DNA from: Candidatus Gottesmanbacteria bacterium
GTDB taxonomy: Bacteria; Patescibacteriota; Microgenomatia; 2-02-FULL-39-11
Length of the DNA stretch: 24,106 nt
Direction of reading: 5' to 3'
Assembly: GCA_016204905.1 (NCBI GenBank)
Contig: JACQJU010000051.1
Location: 1-24,106, forward strand
In this document: positions 7,764 to 15,555 of the stretch, piece after piece
Layout: every line of letters begins with the position of its first letter
Numbering within the stretch: the stretch's first letter is position 1
Program-made: the position numbers and the translations under genes
Notes under the pieces: generated by a model
Seen by the model: the letters and a program-made list of their open reading frames with translations, nothing else
Databases searched by the model: none
What the model was told of the DNA's origin: nothing

Positions 7764-7789
7764 TAGTTAGATGTTTTAAAACATTTTCT
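7764..7789 (+). repeat. 26-bp direct repeat, copy 2, downstream of the TrpR-like gene
   Basis: TAGTTAGATGTTTTAAAACATTTTCT. Confidence 0.9.
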
Positions 7790-7882
7790 TTTATTGTATC
7801 AAAACACATCAATTACACAGAAGATATAAAGTTTCTATAAAACTTTTACTAGAAGATTAAGTAATGCGAAAAAATTTAATGT

Positions 7883-8452
7883 TTACGGCGCGCACAAAGC
7901 CAGATCGGCACTGTTGATGATGCCGTCACTATTTAAATCATAACTGATCTGATAATTGGGACTAGCAGGCACTGCCCCCATCCTTTTGGCTACCTCATTA
8001 CAGGGTATTTGACCGCCACCTCCTGGAGTAGGACTAGACTGTATACCCAGAGTCGGACTCGGCAGTAAAGTGTTGGCACCCGATGTAGTAAACGTCCAGG
8101 GTACACCAGCATTGTCATAAGTCTTATCTCCTATTTTTATCTGGAAATAATAAGTCGTCGTGGGAGTAAGTAACGATAGTACTATACTATGACTTGTCGT
8201 TTCAGTATCACTAGCAAAAAGAGTCAGATTAGAAGCATCAGTACCATACTCAAGTAGGGCCTGTACCGCTTCAGCAGTAGTAAAAGTTATTGTCGCTGAG
8301 TTACTCGTCACTGCTGTAATTTGAACATTTTCTGGACTGCTATTCCCAGCTTTGGCCAAAAGATTATATATCCTATCCCCAGCAATTAGGACTATCCCTA
8401 GAGTCAGAAGAAGTCCAAATATCAGTACAATCGGTTTCGTATATTTACCCAT
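7883..8452 (-). CDS. Membrane-anchored FN3/purple-acid-phosphatase-N-like domain protein with C-terminal dockerin-like Ca-loop
   Basis: N-terminal TM; SATITFTT...LEYG...HSIVLSLLTPTTTYYFQI; C-terminal YDLNSDGIINSAD. Confidence 0.8.
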   Translation of the reverse strand: MGKYTKPIVLIFGLLLTLGIVLIAGDRIYNLLAKAGNSSPENVQITAVTSNSATITFTTAEAVQALLEYGTDASNLTLFASDTETTSHSIVLSLLTPTTTYYFQIKIGDKTYDNAGVPWTFTTSGANTLLPSPTLGIQSSPTPGGGGQIPCNEVAKRMGAVPASPNYQISYDLNSDGIINSADLALCAP

Positions 8453-8455
8453 AAA

Positions 8456-9103
8456 TTATAGTAGAATCAATGCCAATCCAATAACAGTCAATAAAATTCC
8501 CGCTCCCACGGCTATTACCGTCACTTCAGTTGAACCAGATCTAGGCAGTCCCGTAGGATCACTAGTACCCGTAGTTATAGGCGTAGCATCAGCTGGACCT
8601 ACCGTATAAGATGCTGTTATTAGACTATCACAATCTATTATATCCGACGAATCACTTCCTTTTATTATGTTAGAATCAGCTTTACTTCCAGCAACACATT
8701 CCAATGATACCGTCGAAGTACCATTGGCCTTGGCGCTAAATTCTATTGTAGCCAAAACTCCTGTTCCACTTTTTAGCTCTGTACTACCAGGATTCTCAAA
8801 TCCCGAAATAAGATATTTATTCGTACCAGTGATGGGATTAGCCGCAAAGGAGGTATAAAAACCACCGTTGGTAGGAACTGAGTCAATAGACAATATATTG
8901 GGATCATAGACTATCATAGCATCAGCACCCGATGTCTGTTGATTTACTGTATTGATATTGATTGTGACTGTCAATTTTTGACCCACAACAACACCCAAAG
9001 ATGTCGGCTCAAAGGATAGAGTTTGAGCATAAGCTTTCTCTTTTACTAAATTATGAAGTAATAAAAATATAAGAAATAAAAATAGTATTTGTACAATCTT
9101 CAT
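8456..9103 (-). CDS. Cohesin-domain protein with signal peptide and LPxTG-like (LPRSG) C-terminal anchor
   Basis: TLSFEP...LTVTININT...GADAMIVYDPNIL...GVLATIEFSAKANGTSTVSL; LPRSG followed by a TM helix. Confidence 0.85.
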   Translation of the reverse strand: MKIVQILFLFLIFLLLHNLVKEKAYAQTLSFEPTSLGVVVGQKLTVTININTVNQQTSGADAMIVYDPNILSIDSVPTNGGFYTSFAANPITGTNKYLISGFENPGSTELKSGTGVLATIEFSAKANGTSTVSLECVAGSKADSNIIKGSDSSDIIDCDSLITASYTVGPADATPITTGTSDPTGLPRSGSTEVTVIAVGAGILLTVIGLALILL

Positions 9104-9774
9104 CTATTTATATTTATAGTGGCCTCCCCGACATTTCCTAATATATTATTAGATGTGGAGTTTTGTATGATATTAGACAAGTCCTTCCCAGTTGGGCTGA
9201 CCAGGAAACTAATAGTCGTCTGACCAACCTGCTTAGCTTTCAGCTGCAAAGTCGCAAAAAGTATCTCGCCGGCAAGCGGCGTCGGTTGAGGCTCAAAAGT
9301 TACTCCAGTAATATAGATCCTACTCTTATCTTTATCCACAACATTTTTGAGATAAGAAGGAAAAGCATCGCCGAAAGAAGCCTTACCACCAACTACTTCG
9401 ATATAAGCGGGATCAAAAGATAGTACAGCATCAACACCATCCAGTGAGTAAGAAGAAGCAACCAACATAATATCTAATGTTGCGCTTTGTCCTAATTTTA
9501 GGTCTAGACTAGCGGGAACTAAATATAGTCTCCCCTCCTTAACATTACTCACCTGCTGATTCTGAGTAGTAGTTTCTGTAATAGTTGGTGCTGGCGTTTT
9601 TCTATTGGCTAACCTTATATAGACTACCACCAGAAGAAGTATCGCCAAAATACCCACCAATATATATATTTTTTTAGTCACAATAGACTTAGGCACGTCT
9701 GGTGGTGAATTTTGGTCCATATTTGGACTCATATCTAGAACAATAACTTGATCTTGATTGTTTTCTGTATTCAT
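9100..9774 (-). CDS. Single-pass membrane cohesin-domain protein
   Basis: TM then LYLVPAS...LDGVDAVLSFDPAYIEV...FATLQLKAKQVGQTTISF; ATGA overlap with the next gene. Confidence 0.85.
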   Translation of the reverse strand: MNTENNQDQVIVLDMSPNMDQNSPPDVPKSIVTKKIYILVGILAILLLVVVYIRLANRKTPAPTITETTTQNQQVSNVKEGRLYLVPASLDLKLGQSATLDIMLVASSYSLDGVDAVLSFDPAYIEVVGGKASFGDAFPSYLKNVVDKDKSRIYITGVTFEPQPTPLAGEILFATLQLKAKQVGQTTISFLVSPTGKDLSNIIQNSTSNNILGNVGEATININR

Positions 9775-9786
9775 TTTATAATTTTA

Positions 9787-9826
9787 CATTTCATTGTAAC
9801 ATTGGAACATTGTCCATTGTTGCATT
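9787..9826. repeat. CATTG repeat tract with period about 8 in an operon spacer
   Basis: CATTG at 9792, 9800, 9808 and 9815. Confidence 0.7.
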
Positions 9827-9827
9827 C

Positions 9828-11825
9828 TCACTCATCATCCGGCTTCGTCGACAAAGTGACTACCATAATCCCATTATCCGCGGCATTTACTATATTATTA
9901 TAGTCCAAATCTGCCACTATCAAATCTTCCCCTGTCGTTTTACCCATTCTACTTTTTAGCAGTGAGACATCGGCAGCATTCACTATACAATCTTGTCCTA
10001 AATTACTAGCTGGATCTGGCAAATCTCCTCCTGCAAGAGGCTCAGCAGTCCAGTCAAAATTTTGGGCGGCAGGATTATTATTTTGGAGAACAAATTTATT
10101 TACCATCTTGGTACTTCGCTGCTTTTCCCCTTTAACTGATAATGAATAACTTTTATCAGCACTTGCATAAAGTAGAGTTACCCAACCTCCTTGCTCTACA
10201 GGAACATCCACCGGATCAATCTCCTGATATAATACTTTAAAGGATGTGCCTTCTTTAGGATAGTAGACTCCATTACTGTCTGCTGACATGATGATATCCT
10301 TATAGAAATACTCACCAGTCCCAGGTGCTTGGCAGGAACCCTCCGCAGCACCGCTTTCTGCGGCCACTACCAAATCAACAATCTTGAGTCTCACTTTGAT
10401 ATCTGGAATTCCCTCTGCCCCTTGTATTTTTATGCCAAACCGCACCTGAGGATTAACTGCAGCGCCACCAGTAGGCGTAGGCGTCGCTGTCAATGTCGGC
10501 CCACCTGGTGTAATTGTCGGTGTCGGTGTTCCAGTCGCTCCACCTCCGCCTCCAATATTTATCGTCAAAGAATCTGTATCACCTATAGGTAGATCAAATT
10601 TTGTCAGTTCATCATCATCTCCAGGTGTTGGTGTCGGTCCACTTGGCGTATTAGTTGGTCCAGCTGTAGGAAAAACTACATTTCCGGTAAATATAAATTT
10701 ATCGATACCCACATAATTTCCTGTTGAGGGACTATTATGTTTGCCTACCACATAGACCCTCACTCGATAAGTGGCATTTTTATCCAGATTATCAAAAAAT
10801 ATTTCATCCGTAGTATAAGCCACTTTCGCGGCATAAAGATTTAATCGTTTCCTGGTATTAGTTTTAGCAGTAAGATTCCTTAGAACTACTCTCACTCGAC
10901 CAGCATCGGGAGATTTTCTCAAGATTACCTTGACACTTTTTGCCTTAAACTTGATCCGGGCATTATTTTTCTTCACATTAGCTCTCTTATAGGTAGTACT
11001 TCCATCCTTACCCGAGGACCACGTACCCTTATATTTCACTTTTTTATCATTTTCTTGGATTGTAGTAGTACCTTGACCCGCTTCAAACACCGCCACCCCC
11101 GCGTCTTCTGCATCTAGAACCAACTCATCAGCCGCTTCCTCAGCCTCAGTTATACCATCATCGTCAGGATCCTCGGTAGGAGTCGCGGTGGGAATTCTGG
11201 TAGGAGTATTGGTGGGATTGGCAGTTCCTGCAAAGATAACAAATTTATCAAATCCGACCCATCTATCTGATGAAGCACTATTTTTAGTACCGAGGACTTT
11301 TACCCTGACTCTATAAACCAAAGAAGGATCTAAATTCGTATAGGTATATGTATCAAATAATGCCGCTCCTTGTTTATAGAGGTCTTTAGTTTGAGATACC
11401 GCAACAGCTCCGCCTATTTGTTTGATTATGATTTTTGCTTTACCGGCATTATTAGATTTCCTTAGCGTTACGCTTACCTTGTTAGTGCCGGTAAATTTTA
11501 AGCGCACTGAATTTTCAGGACTACCCGTTTTGGAGGAGGCATAGGTCCCATCTCCCCCAGGTTGATTCTTAATCCAGGTAGAATTAGACCCAGACGGTTT
11601 ATATTTCACCGAAGAAGAATTATCCTGATATGTCCCAGGCTTCACTGCCGGGACAGCCGCATCTTCTCTATCCAAAGCGCCTTCTTCGCTAGATTCACCC
11701 GTAGTAAGACTTTCTTGAGCAGTCACGATACCAGCCGATCGCCCCCCAACCACCAAAAAAGCCATAAAACATAATACTATCAAATTAAAAATTATAAATA
11801 ATCTAGATTTTATTTGTTTTTTCAT
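9828..11825 (-). CDS. Surface protein with two tandem CBM-like beta-sandwich repeats, acidic and PT linkers and a C-terminal dockerin-like domain; probable start ATG 11825
   Basis: Repeat YQDNSSSVKYK...VGFDKF / IQENDKKVKYK...VGIDKF; C-terminal DCIVNAAD...ADLDYNNIVNAAD. Confidence 0.8.
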   Translation of the reverse strand: MKKQIKSRLFIIFNLIVLCFMAFLVVGGRSAGIVTAQESLTTGESSEEGALDREDAAVPAVKPGTYQDNSSSVKYKPSGSNSTWIKNQPGGDGTYASSKTGSPENSVRLKFTGTNKVSVTLRKSNNAGKAKIIIKQIGGAVAVSQTKDLYKQGAALFDTYTYTNLDPSLVYRVRVKVLGTKNSASSDRWVGFDKFVIFAGTANPTNTPTRIPTATPTEDPDDDGITEAEEAADELVLDAEDAGVAVFEAGQGTTTIQENDKKVKYKGTWSSGKDGSTTYKRANVKKNNARIKFKAKSVKVILRKSPDAGRVRVVLRNLTAKTNTRKRLNLYAAKVAYTTDEIFFDNLDKNATYRVRVYVVGKHNSPSTGNYVGIDKFIFTGNVVFPTAGPTNTPSGPTPTPGDDDELTKFDLPIGDTDSLTINIGGGGGATGTPTPTITPGGPTLTATPTPTGGAAVNPQVRFGIKIQGAEGIPDIKVRLKIVDLVVAAESGAAEGSCQAPGTGEYFYKDIIMSADSNGVYYPKEGTSFKVLYQEIDPVDVPVEQGGWVTLLYASADKSYSLSVKGEKQRSTKMVNKFVLQNNNPAAQNFDWTAEPLAGGDLPDPASNLGQDCIVNAADVSLLKSRMGKTTGEDLIVADLDYNNIVNAADNGIMVVTLSTKPDDE

Positions 11826-11826
11826 A

Positions 11827-12432
11827 TTAAGGTGTAGGCGATGGTGTAGCCGTGGGATCACCAGATCCAGGCTCTATTCCCACCACTTGTAACAACCGCA
11901 CCCCATTGATATCAGTAAGTTCGTCAGCAGTAGGATAGCGTATAATACCATCGCCATCCTCCTTGGCTTTAAATGTGATTGTTGCCATCAGCATCTCTCC
12001 ACTTGATAATGCTGGTGTTAAGCGGCGGGAAACCAATACTAAACGTAGGTAATTAAATTGGTCATTATATGGCTGATCCACCTGTGTCAGTATGACATCA
12101 GTAAAAGGCTTATTACTACCTACTTCTGGTGCGATCGTAGGTGCTGTATAAAATTTACTTTTATCATAAAGTATCCGGAAATCGACTCCTGAGACTTTTA
12201 CATTATTATTAGTAGATTTTAGTTTGGCTTTTACCGTAAAAGTTTCATCCTTATCAGGACTATTATTACTACTTTCCAATATAAAATCAGCTTGTCCGGC
12301 AAGAGCCGCTCTTGGTCTTATCTCCTGCTGCTGTCTTGTCAAGTAAAGAGCAATAGGCAACGAAACCAGCAAAAGTAGCAGGAGTAATATTCCTATTTTC
12401 TGCTGTCTAGTTAAATTTTTTAGATATTTCAT
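11827..12432 (-). CDS. Membrane-anchored cohesin-domain protein ending in a short PT linker; start ATG 12432
   Basis: TM plus QQQEIRPRAA; VSGVDFRILYDKSK...MATITFKAKEDGDGII. Confidence 0.85.
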   Translation of the reverse strand: MKYLKNLTRQQKIGILLLLLLLVSLPIALYLTRQQQEIRPRAALAGQADFILESSNNSPDKDETFTVKAKLKSTNNNVKVSGVDFRILYDKSKFYTAPTIAPEVGSNKPFTDVILTQVDQPYNDQFNYLRLVLVSRRLTPALSSGEMLMATITFKAKEDGDGIIRYPTADELTDINGVRLLQVVGIEPGSGDPTATPSPTP

Positions 12433-12445
12433 CAAAGTTCTTTCT

Positions 12446-12514
12446 TCTAATTTCTAACCTCTAATTTCTAAGCTCTAATAGCCAATGACTAATGACTAAT
12501 GACTAATGACTAAT
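12446..12514. repeat. Heptamer tandem tract in an operon spacer
   Basis: TCTAANN x5 (12446-12480), then AATGACT x4 (12484-12511). Confidence 0.9.
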
Positions 12515-12515
12515 C

Positions 12516-14333
12516 TCACTCATCATCCTCATCTATCTCATCAGCTTCGCTTGTTGCCTTAAGGCTCGTCGCATTTCTTCTCCACTTTTCAAAATCTGCC
12601 AAATTCACCAAAAAAGTATTTGGGTCTCTTTTGGCTCCACCATCGGCACAAACACCATTGGCGTTTCTTCTCCTATTGCGATTTGGCACCGTTCCAAATT
12701 GCTTTTTGAGGCGATTGAAGTCTTTGGCAGTGACCGTACCATCACAATTATAATCTCCCTTTCCTCTCCCTTTACCTTGGTAACCAGTCACAAACTCATT
12801 GCACTTCTTGGGGCAAACTTGCCCTGTGGGAAATGGTGTTGGAGTTACCGCCGCTCCTCCGCTACCACCCCCGCCCCCAGAGGCGCAAGTTCCAGCCGGT
12901 GGAGTCGCCCCATTATTTAAAACTGAATATACCGCACGGCAAGCATCCGCTGATCCCCAAGCATACTGAGTAGTGATACCCGGAGCGCTATCATCAGCAC
13001 TACTCTCCAGTGTACTTTTTACCTGAGTATTACTCAGAGATGAGTTAGCCGCCAATATCAGTCCTGCCACGCCAGCTACCTGTGGTGTCGCCATGGAAGT
13101 GCCATAAGAATAAGCATAATTTTTTTGTGGCGTCGGTGTTGGAGGTTGACCAGTAATAAGACTCGCCGGCCATAAAGACAGTATGCCCCCGGCAGCACAG
13201 CTTGCATCACTGCCCGCTGGACAATTGAAATATCCTCCAGGTGCCGCTATATTTACCCAACTACCATATTCAGAATAGGGAGCAAGAGTTCCATCCGTTT
13301 TAGTAGCCGCTACAGATATCACATTGGGAGAGGCAGCCGGATAGACTTTGGGATTAGAAGCATAGGATTTACCATTGCTCGTAGTATAGGCACAGCCCTC
13401 ATTATTGTCATTATTGGCAGCACCGCAATTACCCGCTGCCGCTACCAAAAGAGCCCCACTATCCCAAGCAGATTGCATAGCATTGTTTATCATGGTTATA
13501 ATCTCTGAATCTAAGCTATTTTCTATCTGCCCCCAGCTCATATTGATCACTTTGGCTCCCCTAGAAGCGGCATATTTTACTCCTTCCAGTGCTACATCTA
13601 TACCGCCTCCGCCATCATTATCCAGCACTTTTACGCTCATCAGTTTCACTCCCCATCCTACTCCCGCTATACCTTTACTATTATTGGTAACAGCTCCTAT
13701 GATCCCCGCCACATGCGTACCATGCCCAGCATCATCTGCCCGTGGTTTAGTTTTATTACAGACTACCCCATTGCCTTCCGCCACGCATCCCACATAGTCA
13801 TCATCGGCTATCTTACCGGCCAAATCAGGATGATTTACATCGACTCCCGTATCCACTACCGCAATTTTGACATCATCAGTCTTATCATTTACATCTCCCA
13901 ACAGATCCCAGGCACCATTTGTATTCGCTCCTACCTTCATAGCTCCCAGGCCCCAAAGTTTATTTATATATTCATCATCTACCGTCTTAGTAGCAAAAAC
14001 CTTGGGCACCCCTCCTGCATAAGCTACGTTGGGATCGGCTTTTGCCGCCGCTATAGCCGCAGCAACATCTTCCACTCTATAAACTACGGCATCGCCATTA
14101 CCCGCTAGTCCTCCCGCATAACTGGACTCGGCTATCCTGGCACTTACACCAAGTATCATTTCGGCATTCGTAGTACTTTTAAATTTTACTATGATTTTAT
14201 TTGGAACTTGAGGAGCTGATGGCTCATATGTAGGAGTAAAAACGGTTATCTGGGCGATGGAGATATTTCTCGATAAGAGAATAAAGGAACAAACCCACAC
14301 CAAAACCGTGGCAAATTTTAGACGCTTAGACAT
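12516..14333 (-). CDS. S8 subtilisin-like serine protease with signal peptide, propeptide and C-terminal dockerin-like domain, 605 aa
   Basis: VVDTGVD, HGTHVAG, AAGN and GTSMATPQVAG catalytic motifs; GDYNCDGTVTAKD. Confidence 0.95.
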   Translation of the reverse strand: MSKRLKFATVLVWVCSFILLSRNISIAQITVFTPTYEPSAPQVPNKIIVKFKSTTNAEMILGVSARIAESSYAGGLAGNGDAVVYRVEDVAAAIAAAKADPNVAYAGGVPKVFATKTVDDEYINKLWGLGAMKVGANTNGAWDLLGDVNDKTDDVKIAVVDTGVDVNHPDLAGKIADDDYVGCVAEGNGVVCNKTKPRADDAGHGTHVAGIIGAVTNNSKGIAGVGWGVKLMSVKVLDNDGGGGIDVALEGVKYAASRGAKVINMSWGQIENSLDSEIITMINNAMQSAWDSGALLVAAAGNCGAANNDNNEGCAYTTSNGKSYASNPKVYPAASPNVISVAATKTDGTLAPYSEYGSWVNIAAPGGYFNCPAGSDASCAAGGILSLWPASLITGQPPTPTPQKNYAYSYGTSMATPQVAGVAGLILAANSSLSNTQVKSTLESSADDSAPGITTQYAWGSADACRAVYSVLNNGATPPAGTCASGGGGGSGGAAVTPTPFPTGQVCPKKCNEFVTGYQGKGRGKGDYNCDGTVTAKDFNRLKKQFGTVPNRNRRRNANGVCADGGAKRDPNTFLVNLADFEKWRRNATSLKATSEADEIDEDDE

Positions 14334-14393
14334 GCTTTACTTTAATAGTGACAAAAACTACAAAAGAAGTCAATCCTTCAATTCCATTCAGGA

Positions 14394-14519
14394 TTGACCC
14401 TGAGCGAAGTCGAATGGGTCAATGGGAATTAGTTAGTAAGTCAATTAGTTACTTAGAAAAGGGCAACTTAAGAAGTAACGAAATAACGAAATAACTAACT
14501 GGTGATCCGCCAGCTGGCG
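14394..14519. repeat. Stack of palindromic and repeat elements upstream of the S8 operon
   Basis: TTGACCC-TGAGCGAAGTCGAAT-GGGTCAA 14394-14422; TTAG/TAAC inverted arms 14431-14500; CGCCAGCTGGCG 14508-14519. Confidence 0.8.
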
Positions 14520-14634
14520 AAGAAAAAGTAGATTATGATGAGTATATACTAAATACGTAGGCTGCAAACTTGAGCAACTGAAGTACAGATTGTTTTATCA
14601 TCATATAAAAATTAACTTCTCATCTCCCTCAACC

Positions 14635-14659
14635 CCTTATAATATTCTGCTCGAGCTAT
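14635..14659 (+). repeat. 25-bp direct repeat downstream of the PaaX-like gene
   Basis: CCTTATAATATTCTGCTCGAGCTAT, 20/25 identical to 15410-15434. Confidence 0.8.
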
Positions 14660-14687
14660 ATTCTACAATGTATACTCAGAGATTTTA

Positions 14688-15377
14688 TTAATCTGACAAT
14701 TCGAAATGTGTACGTAAGGAACCATCATCTTCTATTTGTTGCGCGATTATATATTGTACTGTAAATGCCACACCATACAACTCTCTCAAAAATTCTACTT
14801 CCTCAAAACAAGGGTAAGGAGATACATAGAGACTTTCCTGTAGTCGATATAGTCCCAGCTGTTCCAGACGCAGACGGAAAATATCCCTCACTCTTTTATA
14901 TTTATTTGGTATATCGAAAGCTACTAGTCTCCACCTCTTATCCCACTTCTTGGGCTTTACCTGTTTCATGGTTTCCAATTGATAATTCAACGCCTTGATT
15001 CTGCCATTTTTTCTTATGGTTACCTTCACCGTACCATCATCTTGCTCTTTTATAGTGACATACTTTTGTTTAGCCATTTGCGTAAGTACACTTTTAGTAC
15101 GCCATCGGCTAAATTTACCGCCTCCGATCAAAGTCAAACCAATTGCTGGACCAGCCCCAGGAAAAGCAAATACTAATCCTAAGACTCCAGCAGCTGCCAG
15201 GACTTTTAGGAGGGTACGAACTTTGGGATATAAAGTTTCCTTTTTCTCTTCCTCAACTGGCTGTTTAAATATCTTTGCTGCCTTCTCCCAATCGATATGG
15301 GCATAGGGATTAGCCACACTGACTCTTTTTTTCCTTACTTTTATTGATCTAAGTATTTTTCTTCGTGCACTCATCAC
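14688..15377 (-). CDS. PaaX-like winged-helix / Cas2-like-fold regulator (CPR type, not CRISPR-linked)
   Basis: WDKRWRLVAFDIP...RDIFRLRLEQLGLYRLQESLYVSPYPC. Confidence 0.85.
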   Translation of the reverse strand: MMSARRKILRSIKVRKKRVSVANPYAHIDWEKAAKIFKQPVEEEKKETLYPKVRTLLKVLAAAGVLGLVFAFPGAGPAIGLTLIGGGKFSRWRTKSVLTQMAKQKYVTIKEQDDGTVKVTIRKNGRIKALNYQLETMKQVKPKKWDKRWRLVAFDIPNKYKRVRDIFRLRLEQLGLYRLQESLYVSPYPCFEEVEFLRELYGVAFTVQYIIAQQIEDDGSLRTHFELSD

Positions 15378-15409
15378 TTTTCTCCCATCAATTCAGTCTA
15401 ATAAACTAT

Positions 15410-15445
15410 CCTTATAAATTCAAGCTCGAGCTATTATTTATAAGG
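15410..15445. promoter_or_regulatory. 36-bp co-centred palindrome upstream of the PaaX-like gene (operator-like)
   Basis: CCTTATAAAT-TCA-AGCTCGAGCT-ATT-ATTTATAAGG. Confidence 0.7.
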
Positions 15446-15555
15446 TTAATTATAAAATCAAAGATTATATAAACAGATGGTGAATCAATAAAAAAGTGGT
15501 TTTTTGTTTCTAATTCTTAGCAACCTATGTATACCCTCGGCTATATATATATATA

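Noticed and set aside
8352-14108. Plus-strand ORFs within the cohesin-dockerin operon
   Set aside because: Antisense shadows of PT/Gly-rich coding sequence
14535-14606. 23-aa minus-strand ORF MMIKQSVLQLLKFAAYVFSIYSS
   Set aside because: No RBS or supporting context
14688-15377. Interpretation as CRISPR Cas2
   Set aside because: No cas1, other cas genes or repeat-spacer array; size and N-terminal region fit PaaX-like proteins
15542-15555. (TA)7 microsatellite
   Set aside because: Short, AT-rich and next to a stop codon; no evidence of function
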